Part shown: positions 1 to 6,716 of the stretch, one piece after another | Position numbering within the stretch: the first letter of the stretch is position 1 | How the letters are laid out: the number at the start of each line of letters is the position of its first letter | Source of the DNA: a virus | Lineage: Duplodnaviria; Caudoviricetes | Length of the DNA stretch: 24,408 nt | IMG/VR virus record: IMGVR_UViG_3300025888_000028 | Coordinates: 1-24,408 of that record | Reading direction: 5' to 3' (one strand) | Position numbers and translations under genes: made by a program | The notes under the pieces: model-generated | Seen by the model: the letters and a program-made list of their open reading frames with translations, nothing else | The model's database searches: none | Told to the model about the DNA's origin: nothing

Positions 1-488
1 TCACGCTGCTGGTCGACGCGGGCAGCCGTGTTGACTGCCGGCGGCCCCGCCTGCTCCACGTCGGCCTCGTCGCCGGCCTCGATCAAGAACATCTTGAGCA
101 GGCCGTTCTTGAGGGCGTAGGAGAGCGCCTTGCCGCTGCCCTTGTCGTCGGTGTCGACGCCTTCGCCGGGGAAGCTCACGCTGTAGGCCTCTGCGGGGTC
201 GTCGATGTTCACGAAGGTCAGACGCAGGACGAGCGTCGTCTTGTAGCGTGCGGCGCCACTCTTGGTCACGCCGACCTGGTCGCAGCCGACGGACGTCTCA
301 TCGATGCCGCTCATGAAGGCGACGCCGTGTTTGATAAGCGCTGGGCGCAGAGCGGCGACCACGTCGTCATGCTTCATGTAGGTGAAGCTCGGGCCGCTCT
401 GCGTCTTGCCCTGCTTCTGTATGTAGCCCACCTCGCCCATCACAGCCAGGAGCCGCGCGGCGAGCGTGGGGGGTGTCTGTTCAGTCAT
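1..488 (-). CDS. erf: ERF-family single-strand annealing recombinase (3' end outside window)
   Basis: Not in the ORF track; translated by hand: MTEQTPPTLAARLLAVMGEVGYIQKQGK...FTYMKHDDVVAALRPALIKHGV...GEGVDTDDKGSGKALSYALKNGLLKMFLI. This matches the ERF G-x-A-x-(S/T)-Y-A-x-(K/R) signature. GGAGGT RBS upstream. Confidence 0.85.
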   Translation of the reverse strand, partial: MTEQTPPTLAARLLAVMGEVGYIQKQGKTQSGPSFTYMKHDDVVAALRPALIKHGVAFMSGIDETSVGCDQVGVTKSGAARYKTTLVLRLTFVNIDDPAEAYSVSFPGEGVDTDDKGSGKALSYALKNGLLKMFLIEAGDEADVEQAGPPAVNTAARVDQQR

Positions 489-516
489 GGGTACGTGTAC
501 CTCCAAAGCCGCGCGC

Positions 517-1194
517 TCAGTGCGTGCGTGTGCTGTAGGTGATGTCCTCTTCGCAGCCGGGCACGTCGTCGCCGGCCTTGTAGGTCTTGGCGATGCGTGC
601 GGTGTCGAGGAGCCAGAACTCGCGCGGGATCTTCGCCTCGTCGACGACCTTGTAGCCGCGCGTCTTCACCATGCCGACGGTGCCGGCTTCGGTGCGGGTG
701 ACGCTCTCGGCGACCGGGATGGGCGCGGTCGGGACGACCTGGATGGGCTCCGACGCGGGCGTGGGCTCTTCGCCCCGCTTCGCTGCTGCGGCGGCCTCCG
801 CCTCAGCCTTGGCGCGAGCCGCCGCAGCCTCCCTCTCGGCACGCTCTGCCTCGCGACGGGCGGCCTCTTCGGCTGCGATCTTGGCCGCGTAGTAGACACC
901 GGCCTTCTCGTCGACGGTCTTCCTCGCCGCCTTGAAGGGTTCGTAGGCGTCATTGAAGGCGGCGTCGATCGCGTTGCACTTGGCGAGCGACTCCGCCTTT
1001 ACCTCGTCGTGCCGGGCCTTGGCCTGCTTGAGGCCCTTGGTCACGAAGGCCAGCACGGTCTTGGCGCCGGCGTCGGTCTCGTCGTCGGTGATGACGAGGG
1101 CTTCGGCCTGCGTGGCCAGCTCGAGGCCGGCCTCGCGGATCGCTGCGGCCTCAAAGTCGTAAGGTTGCAGGGCGGTTTTGGTGTTGGGGGTCAT
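517..1194 (-). CDS. Coiled-coil phage protein with Gp157/Gam-like C-terminus, recombination-module neighbour
   Basis: Long helical region, Ala/Glu/Pro linker and C-terminal VVDEAKIPREFWLLDTARIAKTYKAGDDVPG. AAGGAG RBS, ATGA overlap, adjacent to erf. Confidence 0.6.
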   Translation of the reverse strand: MTPNTKTALQPYDFEAAAIREAGLELATQAEALVITDDETDAGAKTVLAFVTKGLKQAKARHDEVKAESLAKCNAIDAAFNDAYEPFKAARKTVDEKAGVYYAAKIAAEEAARREAERAEREAAAARAKAEAEAAAAAKRGEEPTPASEPIQVVPTAPIPVAESVTRTEAGTVGMVKTRGYKVVDEAKIPREFWLLDTARIAKTYKAGDDVPGCEEDITYSTRTH

Positions 1195-1472
1195 GCGGTC
1201 TCCTTGGTGCGCTCGAGCTGCGCGCGTGCCGCAGCGTCGACGCGCTCAGCGGCCAGGCGGCCGCGGGCTGTCAGTGAGTAGTAGCGGTTCGAGGCCAGCA
1301 CGGCCGCGGCGTCTTCGTTGGCGCGGCGCAGGAAGGTCAGGGCCATCTCGGGGCTCGGCGGCAGGACTGGCGCGAAGTGGTAGCCGTTGGTCCGTGCCTC
1401 GTCTTCGCACTCGGCCTCATAGTCGAGCTGCATGTATCGGGGATATGTCTCAGCGTAGGCGGGGTTGGTCAT
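1191..1472 (-). CDS. Hypothetical phage protein (93 aa)
   Basis: Starts MTNPAYAETY; ATGA coupling on both sides. Confidence 0.7.
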   Translation of the reverse strand: MTNPAYAETYPRYMQLDYEAECEDEARTNGYHFAPVLPPSPEMALTFLRRANEDAAAVLASNRYYSLTARGRLAAERVDAAARAQLERTKETA

Positions 1473-1828
1473 CGCGCACCGTCCACACTGCAGAATCCGC
1501 ACTCGCAGCCGTCGACGTGATGCCAGCCATCCTGCGGCGTCCCTTTGCCGCCGGGGCCGAAGGTCGTGTTGTGGTAGGGCGCGCTGCCCGTCACGCGGAA
1601 CCGCTCCGCGTTCCGGTTGCCCGGCAGGTAGTCGATGGTGTAGTTGTGACCGCGCTTTCCGACAGCCTGGATGGTGGCGGGCAGCTGGGCGGCCTTCACC
1701 TGGTCGAGCGTCAGGCTTTCACCCTCATGCCGGCAGCCCTCGCAGGCGTCCGGCCTCTCGTCGTCAAGCACGCCGCAGAACTGGCAGCCCGCGTCGGGCT
1801 GGCGGTTATCGTCGTAGGGGGCGCTCAT
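1469..1828 (-). CDS. Cys-rich putative zinc-binding hypothetical protein
   Basis: CQFC...CEGC near the N-terminus and HHVDGCECGFC at the C-terminus; ATGA coupling. Confidence 0.65.
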   Translation of the reverse strand: MSAPYDDNRQPDAGCQFCGVLDDERPDACEGCRHEGESLTLDQVKAAQLPATIQAVGKRGHNYTIDYLPGNRNAERFRVTGSAPYHNTTFGPGGKGTPQDGWHHVDGCECGFCSVDGAR

Positions 1829-2130
1829 GCCGCCGCCGCAGCGTCCGTGTGCCACTTCGCAGCCCGCGCCTTCGCGGCCTTGCGGGTGCGGAAGCGGACC
1901 TCGCGTGAGAGGTGGAAACTCGTCGCCTTACCGCTGCGGGCGCCTTTGCCGACGGGCCGATAGATGAAGGCGGCGTACTTGCCGTCGCCCATGCGCTCCG
2001 TCGTGTAGCAGTAGCGCCAGCCGTTGTGCGTCCAGAAGCGGTAGGCGGGCTGCCGGGGGAAGAGCGCGGCCAGTGCCGGCTCGGCGTTGAGGATGGCCTG
2101 CCACGTCTTCTGGTCGGTGGACGGGCTCAT
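1825..2130 (-). CDS. Basic hypothetical phage protein (101 aa)
   Basis: ATGA-coupled in the chain; basic C-terminal helix FRTRKAAKARA. Confidence 0.7.
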   Translation of the reverse strand: MSPSTDQKTWQAILNAEPALAALFPRQPAYRFWTHNGWRYCYTTERMGDGKYAAFIYRPVGKGARSGKATSFHLSREVRFRTRKAAKARAAKWHTDAAAAA

Positions 2131-2300
2131 GCCGCTACCCCGATCGGCTCGGGGCAGCAGCTCGCGCTCATGGTCTCGCCGCTGAGGAAGAACTCAGAGG
2201 CGAGAATGCAGACCGGCTCGCCGTAGGCGTTGCTCTCGATGAACATGCACTCGGGGCAGCCGATCTCGTGTCCGGCCTGCCAGCCGTCGAGGCCAGTCAT
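2127..2300 (-). CDS. Small Cys-rich hypothetical protein (57 aa)
   Basis: MTGLDGWQAGHEIGCPECMF...VC...CC; ATGA overlaps at both ends. Confidence 0.6.
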   Translation of the reverse strand: MTGLDGWQAGHEIGCPECMFIESNAYGEPVCILASEFFLSGETMSASCCPEPIGVAA

Positions 2301-2395
2301 GATGGCACCGCCTGCAGCGCCAAGAGCGCGATGGCGGTGAGCATGCCGATGAAGCCCAGCGTCAGGATCACGATGGTGAAGGCCAGGAGCCTCAT
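2297..2395 (-). CDS. 32-aa single-pass membrane peptide
   Basis: Below the ORF-track cutoff: MRLLAFTIVILTLGFIGMLTAIALLALQAVPS*. Exact ATGA overlaps with both neighbours. Confidence 0.65.
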   Translation of the reverse strand: MRLLAFTIVILTLGFIGMLTAIALLALQAVPS

Positions 2396-2652
2396 GACGG
2401 CCACACAATCGCAAGAAGAACGCAGGTAGCCAGCAGGCTGGCGGCCGTGATCAGGAAGTAGAACGTCCACACGGCGGCGTCAGAAAGGACGGTCGTGCGA
2501 CGCGGGCGCCCGGTCCAGCGGCGATGCTGGGGCGCGGTGACGAGCCTATGTCCGTGCGTAAAGGCGCGGTCGGTGGTAGTGTGAGTAGTGGTCCGAGTGT
2601 GGACTGTTGAGGCCTTCAGCTTACCGGCGGGGGCCTCTTCTTCTGCTTTCAT
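2392..2652 (-). CDS. Hypothetical protein with C-terminal TM helix, first gene of early operon
   Basis: AAGGGG RBS; C-terminal hydrophobic AAVWTFYFLITAASLLATCVLLAIVW. Confidence 0.55.
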   Translation of the reverse strand: MKAEEEAPAGKLKASTVHTRTTTHTTTDRAFTHGHRLVTAPQHRRWTGRPRRTTVLSDAAVWTFYFLITAASLLATCVLLAIVWPS

Positions 2653-2731
2653 CTGTTCCCCTTGGTCGGAATCACCCGTCTGTGCTGTCTGTGCGCGCCT
2701 CCTTTCGATGCTGCTTGATACCGTCGGCTTT

Positions 2732-2761
2732 AGTTTATGGCGATTAGTATGCCCGTGTCAA
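2732..2761 (-). promoter_or_regulatory. Sigma70/SigA-type promoter for the early (erf) operon
   Basis: TTGACA (2761-2756), 18 nt spacer, TAAACT (2737-2732) in an AT-rich intergenic patch. Confidence 0.7.
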
Positions 2762-2778
2762 GGGGCAGATGAACGGGG

Positions 2779-2970
2779 TTAGGAGGTCTTCAGCAGGGTG
2801 TCGATGGACTCACGCGAAACGTACCACCAGCCACGATCGCCGCCCGGCTGGACGGCCCGCAGCTTGCCCTCGCGGATGAGCTTGACGATGAACGGCCGAC
2901 TCCACGTCACGCCGTACTCCGCGCGCATGTACTTCTGCGCATCGCCCATCTGAAGCATGTGATCTCCCAC
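2779..2970 (-). CDS. Excisionase/MerR-like (HTH_17-type) DNA-binding protein
   Basis: SRPFIVKLIREGKLRAVQPGGDRGWWYVSRESIDTLL pattern. Start uncertain (GTG 2976 or 2970, ATG 2958). Confidence 0.75.
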   Translation of the reverse strand: MGDHMLQMGDAQKYMRAEYGVTWSRPFIVKLIREGKLRAVQPGGDRGWWYVSRESIDTLLKTS

Positions 2971-2976
2971 GCACAC

Positions 2977-3032
2977 ACTCTACCTGTTGCAGACGTTTCA
3001 GTCATTATGCGTCGTTGCAGGAGGGGCGTCGA
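2977..3032 (-). promoter_or_regulatory. Putative tandem promoters with GTTGCAG direct repeats
   Basis: ATGACT-17-TAGAGT (3005-2977) and TCGACG-17-CATAAT (3032-3004); GTTGCAG at 2986-2992 and 3014-3020. Confidence 0.4.
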
Positions 3033-3204
3033 AGATCGCATGCAGGTCCGCCGGGTGGATCAGGATGCGACCGGCCGTAGTGCGCTGCGCCGGCACGGCT
3101 CTCTTCTCGATCCAGCGGCGCACGGTGCTCGGGCTCACCTTCAGGTGCCACTCGAGCGCGATGTAGGCTGCCGCCTCCCGCGGGCTCAGGCGTTGGTCTT
3201 CCAT
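2998..3204 (-). CDS. Excisionase/MerR-like (HTH_17-type) DNA-binding protein
   Basis: LSPREAAAYI...VSPSTVRRWIEKRAVPAQRTTAGRILIHPADL; AGGAGG RBS. Confidence 0.85.
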   Translation of the reverse strand: MEDQRLSPREAAAYIALEWHLKVSPSTVRRWIEKRAVPAQRTTAGRILIHPADLHAIFDAPPATTHND

Positions 3205-3315
3205 GTGCTCCTCCTGGGCCGGTACGAAGCCCCGGCCGCGGCGTCGACGGTGCGCCTGATGCAGGTGGCCCCTGGAATCACAGCGGGTGCGAACAGATGT
3301 TCGCGTGAGGTCATG

Positions 3316-3549
3316 CTACTCCTTGACGTTGACGGAACTCTCCTTGGCGCCTATTCCGTAACGCGGATCAAAGGGGCTGAGGTAGTTGTAGGCGAAGGCG
3401 ATCACGGCGGCGATGCCGGCCGCAGCGATGCCCTTCCACTCCCCGCTGCCCAGGTCGAAGATGCTCGTGCCGAACGTGGCCAGCTGCGCCAGCACGGTCG
3501 CTGCGAAGACCAGCAGCAGGGTCTTTCCGATGTTCACTGCCTGGTTCAT
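3316..3549 (-). CDS. Holin-like two-TM membrane protein (77 aa)
   Basis: MNQAVNIGKTLLLVFAATVLAQLA...WKGIAAAGIAAVIAFAYNYLSPFDPRYGIG. Two hydrophobic segments and a P-x-D-x-R-Y-G tail as in actinophage holin-like proteins; AAGGAG RBS. Confidence 0.6.
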   Translation of the reverse strand: MNQAVNIGKTLLLVFAATVLAQLATFGTSIFDLGSGEWKGIAAAGIAAVIAFAYNYLSPFDPRYGIGAKESSVNVKE

Positions 3550-3601
3550 GGTCACTCTCCTTACGTTGTGATGGACAAGCCGTAGATCGCCAGGCCGACG
3601 A

Positions 3602-3772
3602 TCATGTCGATTGTCTCCCCGCGCGCCGCGCCTCGACCGCGAGCATACGCGTGCCGCTGCGCTGTCCCTTCGCCCGGCTGAGGTTTGCCATGCATCAGGT
3701 GATCGCGGCCTGGTCGCCGTAGTTGGCCATGCGCACCAGGCGCCGTCGCTGCTTGGCCTTGCGCCCATTCAC
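3602..3772 (-). pseudogene. Small basic ORF interrupted by an in-frame TGA
   Basis: GTGA-coupled start; MNGRKAKQRRRLVRMANYGDQAAIT*CMANLSRAKGQRSGTRMLAVEARRAGRQST*; internal TGA at 3697-3695. Confidence 0.3.
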
Positions 3773-4611
3773 GGCAGCGGCCAGCGACTGACCGCGTACT
3801 GCAACACCCGCTCGCGGACATCGTCAGTGAGATCCTCGAGGTCAGACAGGATGCGCAGCTCAGTGCTGAGCGACACGCCCTCAAGGTACGTCTGCGTGAG
3901 GCCCGCGAAGGGCACCGGCGCCTGCAGCGGCTCGGGGGACGGCGCCGGTGCCTCGCTCGCGGGTTGCTCCGGATCGAGCTCAGCGGTCACCGGAGCGGCG
4001 CCGGCGGGGCCGGCCGGCGCAGAGTCAAATGGTGGGCGCTGGCCACCTCGAAAGACTTCATTTGGGGGCTCGGTGGGCTTCGGAGGCGCCGTCTTGTGGG
4101 CTTTCACCACGCCGCCTGTGGCGCGGAGGCGATACCCGCCGCCCTTGGCCGAGTTGCGGCTCTCCAGCTTGCCGTCGCCGACCATGCGGCCGAGGATGCC
4201 AAAGATGCTGCCTTTCGGGACGCCGATGGCCGCCGCCACTTCGGGGCCTGAGTGCCAGCCTTTGTCGCGCTGCAGGTAGGCGAGCGCGTCCTCCTGCCGC
4301 TGCTTCTTGACTCGCCGCTGTTCTGCGGCCATGTCGATCTCCTCTCCTGGAATGTGGCGGGGCGCCGGCGCCGCGCTCGTCACGGCCTCACCGTGAGCCG
4401 AGGTCGACGCCCCGCGCCTGCGGGACCTCTTCTTGCCGCCGCCGCAGAGGTTGCAGCGGTCGCGTGGGTTGTAGGCGGATAGCAGGCCGCCGCACGCGCA
4501 GCGGTCGCCGAGCTCGCCGTAGCAGCAGGCCGCGCCGGAGCAGCCGCTGTGGCCGCCGTACTTGCTGCCCGGTGGGCGTGGGGCGGCGGTGCTGGCGGCG
4601 GCGAGGGTCAC
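3769..4611 (-). CDS. Winged-helix DNA-binding protein with Cys-rich N-terminal extension
   Basis: wHTH-like ALAYLQRDKGWHSGPEVAAAIGVPKGSIFGILGRMVGDGKLESRNSAKGGGYRL. N-terminus has CC, CAC and CNLC. GTGA-coupled start at 4611; second strong start at 4332. Confidence 0.7.
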   Translation of the reverse strand: MTLAAASTAAPRPPGSKYGGHSGCSGAACCYGELGDRCACGGLLSAYNPRDRCNLCGGGKKRSRRRGASTSAHGEAVTSAAPAPRHIPGEEIDMAAEQRRVKKQRQEDALAYLQRDKGWHSGPEVAAAIGVPKGSIFGILGRMVGDGKLESRNSAKGGGYRLRATGGVVKAHKTAPPKPTEPPNEVFRGGQRPPFDSAPAGPAGAAPVTAELDPEQPASEAPAPSPEPLQAPVPFAGLTQTYLEGVSLSTELRILSDLEDLTDDVRERVLQYAVSRWPLP

Positions 4612-4835
4612 GGGTCACGCTCGACGCTCACGACCGCGCCGTTCTTGACCCAGACCACGAGGTCGTCGCCGATGCGCATCCACCACGTGTCGCGGTCCAT
4701 GGACTCGATGTGCAGCCAGTCGTCGACCACGAGCTCGTCGAAGACCTCGCCGTCCTTCGACTGGCGCTCGATCGGGTCGCCGGACTTGGTCCACGCGAGG
4801 AAGCGCCAGGTCTCGCCGGGGCGGGGCTTAGGCAT
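4608..4835 (-). CDS. Hypothetical phage protein (75 aa)
   Basis: MPKPRPGETWRF...FDELVVDDWLHIESMDRDTWWMRIG; overlaps both neighbours; GAGGT RBS. Confidence 0.75.
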   Translation of the reverse strand: MPKPRPGETWRFLAWTKSGDPIERQSKDGEVFDELVVDDWLHIESMDRDTWWMRIGDDLVVWVKNGAVVSVERDP

Positions 4836-5100
4836 CGGTGGCAACCTCGTAAGTAGCCTCGAAAATGTCCGGCTTGCAGGGGTAGAACTCGCCCGCCACG
4901 CCACGAATGATGAAGTCGCCGATGTCGGCCCTATGAACGCCTTCGAGCGTGCTGATGAGCATGTAGGCCGGGCCGGGGTCTTCTTGCCCGGCTACCGCAT
5001 GGCCGCCTTCGCTCCGGACCCACGCGGCTACCGGCTCCAGGTCGCCGTACGTCTCCAGCTGTCTAGCCTCGATGACGACGGGCTTCTTGCGGTACTTCAC
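4828..5100 (-). CDS. Conserved small phage protein (YRKKPVVIEA...TLEG...GEFYPCKPDIF family)
   Basis: Recognisable motifs of a widespread phage family; GTGA-coupled to the transglycosylase. Confidence 0.85.
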   Translation of the reverse strand: MKYRKKPVVIEARQLETYGDLEPVAAWVRSEGGHAVAGQEDPGPAYMLISTLEGVHRADIGDFIIRGVAGEFYPCKPDIFEATYEVATDA

Positions 5101-5765
5101 AGCGCCCACGGCCCCCACCCGCTCGACCTGTACAGCCGCAGTCCGACGGCGAGGTTGTACTCGGGGTCGGTGAGCCGCCACGGGTCGGAGACGTGCCCCG
5201 GCCATATCTGCAGCAGACCAGTGCAGCCGATGACGCCGTTGTAGGCGTTCTGCCTGCCGGAGCTCTCGCGCTGGATGATGTAAGCGAGCTGCGAGAGGGT
5301 GTAACGAGGCCACCCTACGTGCCGCGCCAAAGGTATCCAACGCACGCCGTTCGATGACCCGCCGGGGCAGCGCATCCTTGCCACGAGCCGCCCCGTCCGC
5401 TGCCGAAAGTCTCGTCTCATGTGCCGCCAATAACGTCCAGACGTCATCCAGCGCGCCTTGTCAGCACGCCGGGCAGGCCGCGGCGAGGCAAACGGACGAT
5501 GGTGCATCGAAAGGCAGGTCCGCGCGCGGCTCCAGACGCGATACGAACGGACCGCAGCATGGCGCCAGCGCATGGCCCACCTGACGACGCTGGGGGGCGC
5601 AGGGACGACGATGGGAGTCGGAGTGGCGGTAGGAGCCGCAGAGGGCGACGGCGGCGGCGAATCACCAGCCCCCGCCATGTCGATCGCCGTGGCTAGTGTC
5701 AGCACCACGAGCGCCGCGACTCCGGCAAAGACGAGAGCCGAGCACAGTGCGTTGGTGAGCCTCAC
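5097..5765 (-). CDS. Signal-anchored lytic transglycosylase (SLT/lysozyme-like domain)
   Basis: N-terminal hydrophobic segment and Pro/Thr linker. Motifs IIQRESSG (catalytic Glu), GLLQI, DPEYNL and GWGPW. GGAGG RBS before GTG 5765. Confidence 0.85.
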   Translation of the reverse strand: MRLTNALCSALVFAGVAALVVLTLATAIDMAGAGDSPPPSPSAAPTATPTPIVVPAPPSVVRWAMRWRHAAVRSYRVWSRARTCLSMHHRPFASPRPARRADKARWMTSGRYWRHMRRDFRQRTGRLVARMRCPGGSSNGVRWIPLARHVGWPRYTLSQLAYIIQRESSGRQNAYNGVIGCTGLLQIWPGHVSDPWRLTDPEYNLAVGLRLYRSSGWGPWAL

Positions 5766-5793
5766 AAGCGCCTCCGTGTTCTCTCGCAAGGTA

Positions 5794-5949
5794 ACGACCC
5801 GACGCTGCGCAGAGGGAAGCGGGCGGCGCGATGGGATGTGGTTCGCACAGGCGGGAGCCACCGAAGGGGGAGCGGCGACTGGAGTGCCCTCTCTGCGCAG
5901 CGTGAGGTCGTCATGCTGCGCAGCGGAACACAACAACCGCCGCAGACCT
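5794..5949. repeat. Long inverted repeat with additional hairpins; candidate structured RNA
   Basis: Perfect 13-bp IR acgctgcgcagag (5802-5814) / ctctgcgcagcgt (5891-5903), extended after a 2x2 loop by acgacc/ggtcgt. Adjacent hairpin at 5916-5949. Confidence 0.7.
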
Positions 5950-6038
5950 GAATAGCGCTAGCTCAATTGACGGGAAAACTATCCTTCTGTCCGCAGTCGT
6001 CCGATAACGGCAGTAGGGCAACCAACTCGGAGGGCGTG

Positions 6039-6701
6039 ATGCTGGTAGCTACTTTCGGTCCAAGCACAGGGTGGAACGGCAAGACGATCACCTACGATGC
6101 GAGCGTCTTCACGCTGGAAGGCCAGGGCCCGATCGGCGCTGCGGACGTCATGGCTTACGACGCCCAGGGGCACCTCGTCTGGACTTCGGATGGGACCAGG
6201 GCGTGGGTCGGAGCACGTGCTCAAGCTAGCCCAGCCAAACCAACCGACCAGAAGATCGACGCAGTCTTCCAGAAGGCTCTCGTCTCGCCCGGCGACGGAA
6301 GGACCGCGGGGCAGCAGGCCGCCGGGATCATCGGCCTTCTGCTGGTCGTGTGCGGTCTTGGCGCGGCCGTCTACTTCTTCCTCTTCTTTAACACCTCGAT
6401 CGAGGTCCCAGTAACGGACCTGGGTAACGGCCTCACCGTGGGCGGCGGCCGGGTCAACAACCTTGGCCTCATGGGCGACCGGCAGAACGGCATCATTGTC
6501 GGCTTCGGCTTCGCGGTCGTCGGCGGGGTTCTGATGTTCATCGGCAGAACGCGCAAGGCTGCTGCGTCACCCGCTCCAGTGGCAGCACCGGATCTGCGCT
6601 GCAGCTCCTGCGGCGGGTCGGTCGGCATGGGCATCAGTTACTGCCCGCACTGTGGGGGTCGGCTGCCATGGGCTAGCGATGCGGGAGACGCCGGCTCGTA
6701 G
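6039..6701 (+). CDS. Two-TM membrane protein with C-terminal zinc ribbon (moron-like)
   Basis: GGAGGG RBS; two TM helices flanking a loop; CSSCG...YCPHCG ribbon. Only credible plus-strand gene in the window. Confidence 0.8.
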   Translation: MLVATFGPSTGWNGKTITYDASVFTLEGQGPIGAADVMAYDAQGHLVWTSDGTRAWVGARAQASPAKPTDQKIDAVFQKALVSPGDGRTAGQQAAGIIGLLLVVCGLGAAVYFFLFFNTSIEVPVTDLGNGLTVGGGRVNNLGLMGDRQNGIIVGFGFAVVGGVLMFIGRTRKAAASPAPVAAPDLRCSSCGGSVGMGISYCPHCGGRLPWASDAGDAGS

Positions 6702-6716
6702 CGATTGCCGGCTGCG

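Noticed and set aside
2698-2705. Perfect AAAGGAGG Shine-Dalgarno in the early leader
   Set aside because: No start codon at usable spacing, so no CDS can be supported.
5838-5850. GTTCG hairpin suggesting a tRNA T-arm
   Set aside because: Loop size is wrong, and no acceptor, D or anticodon arms are found.
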